A model generated the notes under the pieces. It did no database searches. It worked only from the letters and a program-made list of their open reading frames with translations, and was not told the origin of the DNA. Positions 14,891-27,917 of a DNA stretch of 64,000 nucleotides are shown piece after piece (within the stretch, counting starts at the first letter, position 1; every line of letters starts with the position of its first letter). The DNA is from Octopus vulgaris (Eukaryota): positions 21,018,001 through 21,082,000 of the forward strand of contig OX597817.1 in NCBI GenBank assembly GCA_951406725.2, read 5' to 3'. The translations under genes and the position numbers were made by a program.

Positions 14891-16294
14891 GTCTCTTCCA
14901 GTTTAGTCCTGTTTTATTACATATTTATCGTATATCCACATATGTTCTTTAATTTGATTGGAAAAACAGCAACTAGATCCCTTATCAACGTTTCTGGACA
15001 TTAATATTCTCACCTTCAGAATATGAAATAGATTTTGCTTTTGTATTTTATTTCATAATATTCAATTTCGCGTAGACTTTATGTCAAAACATATTTTTGA
15101 CTGTTACGCTTCCGTACCAGCAGCCGGGTATTAATTTATTTCACTACAGTCGAATGTACGTTAGGTTTTACTACCTAATTTATTTTCATCGTTAGGCTTC
15201 ATTGCCAACAGCCCCATGAATGTTGTATGCTTGCTATTTTTGCATTTTGTTGTGGTATGAGCATTGACTAAAAGATTAATCATTTATTTTTCAGAGGAAC
15301 TTTATGTAGTATGCTATTTTGTCACCTAACTTTGTATCACTGTGTACTCTAATGTGTTAGTATATCTTTAAAGTTATGGTTGGTGTGATGACGAGAATCA
15401 GACTTCTTTTTACTAGTAACGGACTATACAATACCAAGTCACTTGTAGTTTACAGCCTTCAGTATTACACTCATCCTTTAGATTACGATCTTCCTAACAC
15501 ACTTCTCAAATAAAATTACTAACTCTGTGACGCAAGCCCTTAATCTAAATCTAATTATATTCTTCAAAGTCATCAAAGACCCACACACCACTAAAAGTTC
15601 ATAAGTACCTTCATAGTACAAACGCAATATGTACAAATTCTATTAGGAAACTGAGTTTTAAAATTTATGACTCCATATATATATTGGAGTCCTAATATAT
15701 ATACCATTCTATTATAACAATCTCTTGTGACCTTACCAACCGTGTTGTGACATTGTAATTCTGTTTTATGTTATATGTATACCATTTTGTGCTGAAAATT
15801 CACTGGCTTTGGTTAAAAGAAAATACAAGAGGTTCAGTTAACTATGATTTCATTCAACACATTCCATTCTCAGATTCACACACTTATTGCAGCAGTTATA
15901 CAGTTTCTCAAAGCCCTATAGTAAAACCTGGATGTTAGGCCTCCAACCAGGACTTTTGCGATAATCTTGAAGCAAGGAACTTTTCAGCACACGCCTCGTA
16001 GATATATCTGTCTAAGTCTATTTTGTATTTAAATCTAAGAAGTTAAGAAATTAAAAATTATCTCAATATTTGCATTCTCACCGATAATATTTCCATCAAG
16101 CCTTAACTATACTTCTGAAGATGTTCAATTAACGAACACCTAAGGATTTCTCTTTGGAATATAGATGATGTCAAAGATTTCATGAATAAAAGTTATTGTA
16201 ATTCCCCTATGATCATTTTTGCAGCTTTTTGTAAGTACATTACACACACACACACACAAACGCACACACACACACACATACACACACATACACA

Positions 16295-16385
<91 letters not shown>

Positions 16386-16499
16386 GTAACCAGTTGTACT
16401 TCACTCATATTGAAAGCATTAGTCACTGGACTGCATCCATCTCTTGTTTCCCTTAAAATATTTTCGTAGGAAACACCGTTGCCAGGCGTGAGGGCGTGT

Positions 16500-16720
16500 G
16501 TGAATGTGTCTATGTGTGTGTTTTTTCTTATGCGTGTCTGCCTCTATCACTGCTTAAGAACCAGTGTTTATTTGCTTGTGTTCCTATAAACTAGCGGTTG
16601 AGCAAAAGAGATCGCTAGAATCATAGCAGGCTTATAATTGTAAGTGCTGGTAGTCGGTTTAGTCGAGGAAGCCCTCCAAAGCGGTGCCCCAGTGGACCAC
16701 ATTTAAAGGACTGGACATGT
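16500..16720 (+). mobile_element. Degenerate 3' half of SINE family 1
   Basis: ctagcggttgagcaaaagagatcgctagaat...gcggtgccccagtggaccaca resembles 1390-1510. Confidence 0.7.
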
Positions 16721-18698
16721 TGTTTGATGTTTAGTATATTTCATTCCATGAAAGATGCTTTTCATGGATTTCCTCAACTTGAACTATAAAAGGGGACGTT
16801 TTTCAAGCTGTATCAATATTCTCGATTGTGTTGGTATATGACTCCATTCTATTACAAGTGAAATATGCTTACAGTATATTCACTGGCTCGGAACATTATG
16901 AATTATATTCAGGTATCTAATATGTCTTCAAAAATAACTATTAAAGAATATCCCAGCATTTCAATTTCGAGCCAAATGAAAAGGTTCAGTAAGAAGTATG
17001 TAAAGTGCAGTGCTTGTCATGTTGGAATACAATCTCATTTGTAATATTTGTCAACGACGCGATAAGCTGCATGTTATCATAGTACCTGGAAGAATTTGTT
17101 GTAACATATCCCACAAATGTCATCGTTGAAATGAAAGGACAGTTCTTATAAGATGATTAGATAGGGTATTGTAACAATGTAAATGTATGTTCATGACGGA
17201 AATGTGTCCCTTTTGGTGGAGGATCAGCGATGATCACCCACAATCGTAAACGTTATAATCTATGATTACGGGCTAATGTTATTTAGCCACACATGCATCT
17301 GCTCTATATTTTGCAATGATATTAGTAAATTTTGATAAATTTTTCATTATGATTATAGGTGCATTTTGATGAATATCGCATAATGCTTACTCTTTTGTTA
17401 GTATTGAGGTCATATCTGAAATACTACGCAAAAGTTCGTATTTTCAAACTTCTACTATAACTCTCCTATGTTCCAGAGATGCGATCATCATATGTAATAT
17501 TCATTGCGCACATGTTTCTAATATTTAATCGTTCTGTCAATGAATTTACTCTTTCATGTTGTCATATCGTGCCGCCTTATGTAACAACTTTCACTTTATT
17601 TTTTTAAGCTTTCCCTTTTAAATGAATTTATCAACACATAAAAGAAAATAGATTATGACATAGATATTTTTTTCATTCATACTTACAGATGCTAGCGGCT
17701 ACCATGCACATCAAATGAGTTACTTCACTTTACTGATCAAATAAAATAGCAATTTGCCATATTCAGTCTATCATATTAAGTTAGCATAACCATTTAAATT
17801 ATCAAACGCTAGCTGCTATTCCTTCTGCTTACAATAGCTTTGGTGCTGATCGGGAAACAAGAACCTAATTCATGTTTTGTTTTTCCTTTCTTCTTATTTT
17901 TTTTAAATATTTAATAACGTTTTAAGCACTGGTGGGACCATGTGTATTATCAAAATATATCATCGAAATTGTAAGGTTATTCGGAAGTAGGCTGTCAATG
18001 TAAATGTTTTGGAAAACGGTAATTAGGCTCATTCTAATGATACAGGTTTCAGCCGTATCTATCAAAATACATTTATTTGAAATAAGGACATTATACTCTG
18101 CAGTCAAATTTGTAGATTCAAACGAGATAATTATAGAAAATGCTCACATATTACTCTTATCTGTCAGAAGTCTACTGCTGGTACTTTCACGTGACGTTGC
18201 AGCTTGAAAGTATTCATATTTTAAATTGTGCTATTCCTATTGTAGGATATTTAAGCTTCTTTCATGGTCTCAGCAGGATGATTTCTGAAACAAATTACGG
18301 AAATTGCATACATCATTCTTATTAATCCTTAAAGTTTCTCCTTTGAGAAAAGGGGGAAACAATGTCATTTCAAATCGATTTTAAACGAATATTACAAGAT
18401 AAAAGAATAAACTGAAATGTGTCAACATAAACGATGTTTCCTGTCATATCGGTTGATTGCAGTTTGCCCCAAAGTATTTCAGTATAGATTGATTATCGTT
18501 TATTTATGTTCACGTGATAATACAGTTTAAACGCAATATTAACTATATCGACATTATATAAAACTCAGAAATAAAGCAAATAGAGCATTTATATTGAGGT
18601 TTATAAATTAATGAACCCCTAATATTTCACGCCAGTGGCACAGAGTACTGTAATGAGTACGACGGTCCCTACATATATCGTTGTGAAGACACCATATT

Positions 18699-18758
<60 letters not shown>

Positions 18759-19219
18759 CTGCAACTGCATGTTAGAAACAGGTAAAATAACTTCCAGTTC
18801 AAGAAAGGATATGGAAAAAGAATCTAATGCAAGAAAAAGTTTGCCAAATTCATATATATATCGTGAAAATCAGAAGAACGGATTCCATATTCTATCTACC
18901 TACATAAGTGCATATCAATGAATGAATCGATCAATCAATTAATTCATAAATCAATGTCCCTATCTCTTCGTTTGTTTGTTTCTTTCTTTCTTACTTTTTC
19001 TCTCTCTCTATCTATTTATCTATCTATTTTCTATCCACATATCCATCTATCTGTTTGTCTGTTGGTCTATTTGTCCTACAGTCTCTCTGCCTCTCTCTCT
19101 CTCTCTATACATATATATATATCTTCCTCTTTATCTTCTATTTATCTGTTTGATATCGAAAACAAAGTCAAGCTAGAAACTAGTTCCCTTTCTCTATTGC
19201 TAATATTATATGTCTATTT

Positions 19220-19432
19220 AAGGCGGCAAGCTGGTACAATCGTTAGCATCCTATGCAAGATGCTTAACAATATTTCACCCGTCTATAGTTTCTGTGTTCA
19301 ATTTAAGCCGAGGTCTGCTTTGACATTCATCCCTTCGGGATCAATAAAATAAGTACCAGATTAGTGCTTGGGTCAATGAAATTGCTGGGGTCCCCGACCT
19401 TGCTGGCCTTGTGCTAAACTTTGAACTCAATA
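19220..19432 (+). mobile_element. SINE family 2, diverged copy
   Basis: ggcggcaagctggtacaatcgttagc...gccgaggtctgctttgacattcatcccttcgggatcaataaaataagtacc. Confidence 0.8.
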
Positions 19433-20924
19433 TTATAAATATGTTTTAAGTGATGAGTTCCAGAATCGTTAGAATGTTGGAGAACATACATGTTGCATAT
19501 ATTTCCGTGTTTATATCTTAAGTCCACATCCCATCAAAGTCATCTCTACACCTTATCCCTCCAGTATATAAGTCAATGCATTCGACAAAATTACTTCATA
19601 ACTGGACGTATTTTGAATAAACTGGAAATAACTATTATTAAGCTTCGATTCATTCCTTATGAATGATATTATCAATATCTTCCGATACACTTATTAAGAA
19701 GTGCTTACGGTTCTTTAGTATAAGGAGTTACAGAAATTGTTTATCCGATGAATTCTTTGACTTACCTTTTCATTTTAGTCCTTATATTTCTTCAAAAACA
19801 TTTATAATAATATATTCTCATTCATTGTTCACAACTTGCCGACATTCCACTGGCTTGTTAATGTGTTGATAGTAGAAATCATTGCGTCCGCAGTTCAAGA
19901 ATTCATCATATCACGTCTCTAAGGCCACGGAGTTTTTTTCTTTTTAAACGTCGCACATACCGTTGGAGATTATAGGATAAATGTCATAATCTGGATGATT
20001 ATACACAAGCATGGAGCAGGTGAGCCTGAATGACAGAACTTCGCAACTGCTCTCTCAAGTACTTTTCTGGGTCTAATAAACGATCATATTCGCTTGGAAG
20101 AAGCACGCGTATAACTGCTCAGCTAGTTTTAACTGCTCTACTTCTTTCAGTTAGTGTATTTGCTGAACATACAGCTCTGCATTGACCCTATGTGTGTTTT
20201 CAATTATTTCGTAGAAATATACCTTCAGATATCCACCAAATCAGGCCATTTTATTGCGGCGATACAGCCCTGGATTGCACTAGGGAATTATTTACTTGTC
20301 GACGCTCACCTATTTTTTCCTCTAATCCATATTGCCGTAAAGACGGAATTTTGCATCGCTGCTGATGATGCAGTAAAGAAATCTCTGTTTGTGTCCACAA
20401 GCAGCCTGGAGTCGCGTTAGGAAATTGATTGCGGTAGAGGAGGGCACCGGAGTTTATCTCATTCCTTCAGACCGTGTCCCATCGAATGAAGGTAACGATA
20501 GACGTTATTATGAGAACATCCCATCTACCTCGAAAATTACCATGTGGAAGACAGGGATCGCCGTGTATGAGCTCGCTCTATAGGTTCACATCAAACTGAA
20601 TAGTATGGCCTGAAATAGAGGGTTTTTGAAGTAGAATTTCACCTTCTTATATAATGAAAAGCATTTTCGCACGTTCCTTTTTAAAATAACGTTCTTCCAT
20701 ACGGCATTGGCAGCATCGACAAATTTAGAAATTTGACTGAACGCGATGAGAAGTAGGTACAAAAATGATTATACTCATATTTGGCATTCCATTGTCTGAA
20801 ACATAATTTTTTTTCAAATTTCAAAGATGAAAGCAAACGCTGTAAAGATGAATAGAGATGTAAAACATACACTCGAAAGAAACGAACGAATTTATCTGAC
20901 AAATCATAACACATATACCTGAGT

Positions 20925-20964
20925 ATGTGTGTGTATGTGTGTGTATATGTGTGTGTATATGTAT

Positions 20965-21003
<39 letters not shown>

Positions 21004-21106
21004 CATTTATATACATATATATATATATGCACACACACAGATTCATGTCTTTGCATGAAAATGTATTTCCGTGTGTACATACATACATGCATACATATAT
21101 ACATAG

Positions 21107-21177
<71 letters not shown>

Positions 21178-21190
21178 TGTATGTATGTAC

Positions 21191-21226
<36 letters not shown>
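20925..21226. repeat. (TG)n/(CA)n/(TA)n microsatellite cluster
   Basis: Directly visible. Confidence 0.95.
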
Positions 21227-21229
<3 letters not shown>

Positions 21230-21749
21230 GGCATATTTATAGTATTCCGTGGCGTGAAAACAATTTCCGCATATATTTGAATTGAACTGAGGTATCATCC
21301 GACGGAAACACTGAAACTGCTGCTTCTTCTGAAAATATCAATATTTAAACAGAATGTAGTTTTTTTTTTATATATAAAACTCATTTCAATAGAAATGCAT
21401 TATGGAATAATATTGTAATATCGTACTTCTTGCGGACTCGGCCATAAATGCTGCTGAATATTGCATGAGGTGTAGTTTTGTCAAATGATTTATTGGCAAG
21501 AAAAGAAGAACTATCGTCTACTTTGTAAATTATGTCCATCAGCAACTATTGCAGGAGAGAATATAATGAATGCTTTTCGACTTTTATGGAACACCGTTAC
21601 TAGTACCGTAAATGAGCTCACTCGCTTCTCCAACAGTAAATTCAAAAGTAGCTTTAGGATTAGAATCATTATCGGCAAACATTCGCAGAACTTTTAGAAG
21701 TTTTAAATTATTAACCGTATACTTCGTAGTCAAATCTAATGAAATGTAT

Positions 21750-22930
21750 ACAGGTTATTTGCCCTCTTCTTGAATTGTAGTTACTTTTGCTTTCATTTTA
21801 AATTGTTTTCTCTGTGATTTATTCAATGACTCTAGCCCATATTTAAGCATATATAATTTACTGCTGCCAAAATTCCATGCATGCTGAATTTGATGTAGAC
21901 CTCTTTCTAGTGAAAATCGTTTAAACTCATAGCCAAACTCTGGCCACACGTTTTAAAAAATTCCCATTCACAAGCTGCGTGCTTTAGAAAATACTCTACT
22001 TTCATATCATCACAATAAAAGACTTTAAGTTCAATGGATTATGTAGCTCATTGTGAATATGGGAAATGCTTTGTTCGGAGTATTATTGTGTCGTTAATTA
22101 CCAGAACAAAAAGAGTTCGTAAACCTGTCTTAGAAAAGCTTTTTAGTCATCCATGGCGTCTTATTTGAACATCACTTTCCAGCTGGGTAAACATATCTTA
22201 ACATTTGGCCACATTTAGATTTTAGAAGTGTTAGATATTTGGCTTCATATCGGATACCGCATGCCCTCCCAAATCATATTGCTGATTCCATTTATCAAAA
22301 TTAAAAGCCTTTATATGAACAATATTCCAAGGAAAGCAAATCATCTTAAGCATTGTATAACTGCCACCTTAAAAGATAATTTTCTTCTAAAAGAACTGAT
22401 AATTAATACCAATTTCTTGATCAACACTTGTAGGTTTACCAATCAATTTAACGCAGTGAAAATTTACCGACATGTTCCATATTTAAAACTAGTGTTTATT
22501 ATCAAGAAAACCATTTGCTTAAGTTGTGACAAAGCACTTTTTACATTTTTAAAATTTACTCACAAGTCATAAGCTTTCTCTTGAATGACCGCCATATTTA
22601 TTGGTATATTACAGCCAATTTGATAATGGATCAACAAATTCAAGCTCCCTTCAACACATGCACATTTAAGTATAAGCTTAAGATCTAGACTTAATTTTAT
22701 ATTTATTGACAAGCATTATGCTGAAAATGTACTTCGCAGTGTGAATGATATTGCAATACACCTCACTTTTTCTCCCAAATCAAAGCTTTCTAATTATCAT
22801 TCGTTATATCCACAGTAAACCATTTTTGGCTCTTCTGTTTTATAAGGAATTCGAAGTCTGATTCCGGTTACTTTCGAAAATGCTAACATGGTACATATTT
22901 ACTCATCTTCGGTAAAGTTTCAACGGTAAC
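21750..22930 (-). mobile_element. pogo/Tigger-type transposase remnant
   Basis: Minus-strand fragments VEGSLNLLIHYQIGCNIPINMAVIQEKAYDL (CENP-B-type HTH), WMTKKLF and VWPE...FKRF, in Tigger order. Confidence 0.65.
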
Positions 22931-23510
22931 AGCGGTAATGAAAAGTGTAAATAGCAAATAGAAAAACAAAATCTGAGGAAAGAAGAATGCATTGCTTGGA
23001 AACAATGGGATAATGGATGCAGACATGTGAGAAAATGAAAGCGTGGAAAAGTGAAGCTGCGAAAATTCCTGTTTAAGTAATATCAGTGGAAGAAAATGGT
23101 GGGTTGAATTGGTGTTTGCACATACAAAAAAAGGTGGGAAAACCTGAAAGAACGCAGAGGTGCCGGTAAGATGTAAAAATGTATATGCAGTACGTTCTAT
23201 TTACCAAAACAGTTAAAACGTAATTAAGTTGGTGCATATGCGAAATGTCAGACCGTATCCAGGAATTAGCGGATTATTTTCGAAGTGCCATAAAGCAGAA
23301 ATCTTTAATCACATTCACTACAGAGTGGATAATGATGGTCTATTCATACATACATGAATATGAATGGAGTCATATATTTGTGTATATAAATACACAAATG
23401 TATATATCTGTATGTATATATGTGTATATACATGTATATGAATATATAGATATGTATATATATATATATATATACATATATACTTGAATGCTTGTGTGTG
23501 TATATCTGTA

Positions 23511-23562
<52 letters not shown>

Positions 23563-23566
<4 letters not shown>

Positions 23567-23860
23567 ATCCAAACAAGAAAACACAGAAAAAAAGAGAAAA
23601 AAACACAGCAACGCAGGACGTGGAACAATTAAAGTATTATTGACGCTCAGGAAAGAAGGGAAGGAGGGTTTAACGTTTCGAGCGGAGCTCTTCGTCGGAA
23701 ACAAGGAGAAGGAAAGATCCCAAGAAGGGAAGACAGAGGAAAAAGTATTTGAGCTGGTGGTGCTCAAGAGATCACATGTTGAAAGAACAGAAGTTGAGAG
23801 GTGGTAGTCGAAACATGGTTTTATAAGGCAAGAGAGTTTCAAAAAAGGAATGCTTGTGAG
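23563..23860 (-). mobile_element. Penelope-type pseudo-LTR fragment between microsatellites
   Basis: Contains an HHR motif; related to 58860-58975; abuts (TA)n and (TG)n. Confidence 0.6.
23668..23702 (-). ncRNA. Minimal hammerhead ribozyme motif (U4C, extra A after A9)
   Basis: GUUU CCGACGA A GAGC ucc GCUC GAAA CG UU AAAC. Confidence 0.65.
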
Positions 23861-24029
23861 TGTGTGTGTGTGTGTGTGTGTGCAAGATGACAAGTGTGTT
23901 TGTGCGTGCGTGTGTGTGTGTATTTTAGGTGAATAAAGGCAATGACAAAGTCAGCTGTCATAATGACTACTAGCTGTTTGTATCAAGCCAGGTCAAAGCC
24001 AGGTCAAAAAACAAAGGGCTATATGTATC

Positions 24030-24522
24030 ATGTGTGTGTGTTGTTTGTAGTGTGTGTGTGTTGTTTGTAGTGTGTGTGTGTGTGCATGTGTGAGTTCGTG
24101 TGTGTATGCGTAGAGTGTGGGTGTGTGGCGAGTAACTGCTTAACCTAGTGCGTGTGTGCTTGTACGTGCTTGTGTGTGTGTAGGGATGTATGTGTGGGTT
24201 CATTTGTGTGAGAGTGTATGTATGTACGTGTATGTGTATGCGTGTATGTGTGCGTTTGTATGTGTGCGTGTGTGTGTACGTGCGTGCGAGTGAATGTATG
24301 TATATATGTGTGCGTGTGTGTACAATGTAGGGGCTTATATGTGTTTTTAAATGTTTATATGTGTGTGTGTATGTATGTGTGTATGTGTATGTATGTATAT
24401 GTATGCGTGTGTGTATGTATGTATGTGTGTATGTATGTGTATGTGTGTATGTATGCGTGTGTGTATGTATGCATGTGTGTATATGTGTGTGTATGTGTGT
24501 ATGTATTTATGTATGTATGTAC

Positions 24523-24557
<35 letters not shown>

Positions 24558-24848
24558 CGTACGTATGTATGTATGTGTGTGTATGTGTGTAAGTGTGTAT
24601 GTATGTATGTATGTATGTATGTATGTACGTATGTGTGTATGTATGTATTTTTGCATGCGTGTATGTGTGTATGTGCGGGTGTGTACATATGTATGTTTAT
24701 GTATGTGTGTGTATGTATGTATGTATCTATGTATATATATATATATGTATGTATGTATGTATGTAGTCGACATAAGCAAAAGCAAAGAATGCGGATCAGC
24801 AAAATTAGAAATATATATAAGTTTTGACAATTTACACATTGCACCCTG

Positions 24849-24908
<60 letters not shown>
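24030..24908. repeat. Long degenerate (TG)n/(TATG)n/(TA)n tract
   Basis: Directly visible. Confidence 0.95.
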
Positions 24909-24912
<4 letters not shown>

Positions 24913-25617
24913 CAACAATTGAGGGTAAAATTAATTAATTATTAATCAATTTCACCAAGTATTCAGTATGTAAAGGGACCATTATAGGCGAATTCAAAAT
25001 ATTACATTATATATAAGGGCTTAGTAAAATAAATTACTTTGCCACATACTGAACTCATTAGAAATAGCAGCTAAAGAAATTTCTTCAGCTATTTCTAATA
25101 CTTAAAGAAGATCTCTCTCAGATAGTGTTTGCCTAAACCAACTCACAAAAGTATGGGGGAAAAAACATTAAAAAATCAAGTGCAAAGGTTATTTGAGAAC
25201 GTACGTTTCTAGATTAGTCAATTCGACATTTCTTTCTTCAGCTCAGAATTCCTTGAATCGGATTTGGGAACACTGAAAGTCGGGAGCATACCCTTTCGGC
25301 TTCTAATCACCTCTAGAATTCTGCTCGAACTAAAAGTGCTATCAAATTCGAATATGCAAGCGAAGAATTTCTGCTCTCCCCTTTCCACCAGCGTGGGTTA
25401 AAATTGACAAACACCATGTGAAAACCGCAGCATTTAGCAGAGAGAGATGAATTATAATTTCAACAATTGAGGGTAAAATTAATTAATTATTAATCAATTT
25501 CACCAAGTATTCAGTATGTAAAGGGACCATTATAGGCGAATTCAAAATATTACATTATATATAAGGGCTTAGTAAAATAAATTACTTTGCCACATACTGA
25601 ACTCATTAGAAATAGCA
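24905..25617. mobile_element. Non-coding element with 165-bp terminal direct repeats (548-bp unit, ~1.3 copies)
   Basis: 24905-25069 appears identical to 25453-25617; no TG..CA LTR ends; begins in (TA)n. Confidence 0.8.
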
Positions 25618-25624
25618 ATATATG

Positions 25625-26465
25625 AATTGTGCTCCGACCAACCATGGCAAATAACATATTGGATCTCTGCTGCACAAGCAATATAGACGTAGTTCAGAAT
25701 GTGAATGTAACACCGACATTAGTTTCGGATCACAACATAATAGAGCTGTCTATACATGGACCAAAAGTAACCAGAGATATACAGCCTAAAGGAAGCACCC
25801 AAAATCTCTCCAATCTTAACTTCCACAAAGCAGACTGGAAATCGAGCCAGAAAGAAATTATCAGACTAGATTGGCTGAAATGTCTCTCTAAACCAGATAT
25901 TAGCATGAAACTAGAATATTTCGTGTCTGTTACGCAAGCCATATGTCGGAAATATGTCCCAGAGTATAAATGCAATACAAAATAGAACAAGATTGCAAGG
26001 AAGAAGAATATCCCCTGGAGGCAACGGAGGAACGTTGCAAATCACTTCAACCAATATCCCAAAAGTAGTAAAGGTGCCGCCTAAAAACAACGCTGATGGG
26101 GATTGAAAACAGCTTGCGATAATCCTCTGCGAAGGAGAGTGCAAACAAAGAAGCCTGGGTTATAGAAACCCCCCAATTCAAACCCAGTGGTCTTCTTTCA
26201 TTATGCCAAAAAACGGGCCTCAGTACGTTGCAAAATAAGACCACTCATTCAGAAAGATGGCCCCCTCACAGGTAACCCAACCAAAATCATTGAGGTACTG
26301 AATGACCCATTTAAAAGTGCCTTTACCACCCCATTATAACACAGACAAGGGAACAAACCAGTGGGTTTCTTTGCCGCCTCAACTATAACCAGCGAGGCAA
26401 TTACGATGGATTACGTGGACATTGGAGAAGAATATATAATACTATAATACAGGCTCAACTGCTGG
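25625..26465 (+). mobile_element. CR1 LINE fragment (APE endonuclease end and linker)
   Basis: PTMANNILDLCCTS...SDHNIIEL, LNFHKADW, followed by decayed linker. Confidence 0.85.
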
Positions 26466-26469
26466 CGGT

Positions 26470-27530
26470 GAACTAGCATAATGAGTTGCTTCGTGTGGGG
26501 AAACCACAGTAGACAATATTCACTGGGGGGAGGGTTAGAGTAGAGAAGGATGATGGTGTGGTCATCTCTAAACCGGAATGCTCTTAGAATCCAGTAGCAC
26601 ATCTTGCGGGCGAAGTCAACTTTTTTGTTTATGTGGGAACTCCAGTGCAGATTGCTATCAACAATTACTGCAAGGTCGCTGGTGTTGTTGGATGGAACTA
26701 GGGAGTCACCCGAGGGAACGGCATATGGCAGTTTCAGGGTATCCTCTTTTCCAAAGGTGATCAAATTAAACTTATCTTCATTCACAAACATATTGTTCTT
26801 TTCTGCCCATTGTACAATACCAAGCAGATCCGACTGAAGTCATTGTCAGTCTCCCATACCGTTCACGGCCTTCTGGAATTTGGAATCACCTGCAAACATT
26901 TTCAATGTGGAATGTTTGAAAACGTCTACTATAATGTAAACGAGTGGGCCCAACACAGTACCTTATGGGACATCACTACTGACGGATTCCCTCAAACGCA
27001 ACATATTCGTCAGGAAAGACTTTATCCACTGCAGCAGCTTCCCATGCTCTCCAGTGTTGGACAGATTCTTCAGCAGGGTTTTGTATATGACGTCAGTGTT
27101 GCAGCCTTCTCCCAAGATATTTAAATGTCATCAAAATGGTGCAGAAGCTGCGACAAAACAGCCCATGCCATCACGGAAACCATACTGGTTGGGGTTCAGT
27201 AGATTGTTGTGTTCGAGGAAGTGAGTTATTCTCACCAGCCTCTCAAATATTTTAGTGACATGAGAAATGAGTGAAATCGGACGGTAGATTTGTTTCTCTT
27301 TTTGGTAAATGAGACGGCAGACTGGGAAAGAAAATGATTAGGAATGTAGTTGCATCAAGTGAGTTACTCCAGAGGTCAGCCAGAGAGGGTGCAATTTGAT
27401 GTCGATACATATTCAGGGCAGTGGCCCAGGAACTTATCTTGACTTACTGCCGAATTCATTTTGTTCCTAATCCTTTCTGTTAGGATATCAGGAGCACCAA
27501 CATTTGCCAAATATAGATAGTTGGGGGTTT
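26470..27530 (-). mobile_element. CR1 LINE reverse transcriptase fragment, decayed
   Basis: Minus strand YRPISLISHVTKIFER, QYGFR, DVP.GTVLGPL, VNEDKFNLITFG, DLAVIVDSNLHWSSHI. Confidence 0.88.
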
Positions 27531-27534
27531 ACAT

Positions 27535-27537
<3 letters not shown>

Positions 27538-27617
<80 letters not shown>
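27538..27617. repeat. (TA)n-(GA)n microsatellite
   Basis: Directly visible. Confidence 0.95.
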
Positions 27618-27620
<3 letters not shown>

Positions 27621-27621
27621 A

Positions 27622-27863
27622 AGAAAATAGTAAAAAGTGAAAAAACTACAGAAGGCTTGTTTTAAAAGGTTAAAAAATATATATTTGAGTCAATATGTCT
27701 GAAGAATGTTATAAATTTTTTTCATACGATGACATAGTTTTTGAAGAAATGACCAGTTTCGCGTTCAGCTTTTCAAATTTTTAAAACAAGCCTTCTGTAG
27801 TTTTTTCACTTTTTACTATTTTCTATATATTCAACCACGTGCTTTCACCCACCAACTTTCTCA

Positions 27864-27866
<3 letters not shown>
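27622..27866 (-). mobile_element. Short PLE-derived fold-back element with 46-bp perfect inverted repeats and an internal HHR
   Basis: 27622-27667 is the exact reverse complement of 27779-27824; tail tatatattcaaccacgtgctttcaccc resembles the tail of the 6833 element. Confidence 0.8.
27747..27780 (-). ncRNA. Minimal hammerhead ribozyme motif, U3-A8 variant
   Basis: AAAU UUGAAAA GC ugaac GC GAAA CUGG UC AUUU (GUC site). Confidence 0.75.

Positions 27867-27917
<51 letters not shown>

Noticed and set aside
20240-20400. IAAIQPWIALGNYLLVD resembling a Merlin/ISXO2 transposase motif
   Set aside because: Single weak motif with no supporting neighbours
24905-25617. Interpretation as an LTR/TRIM element or CRISPR-like array
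   Set aside because: No TG..CA termini, PBS, PPT or TSD; only two repeats and a eukaryotic context
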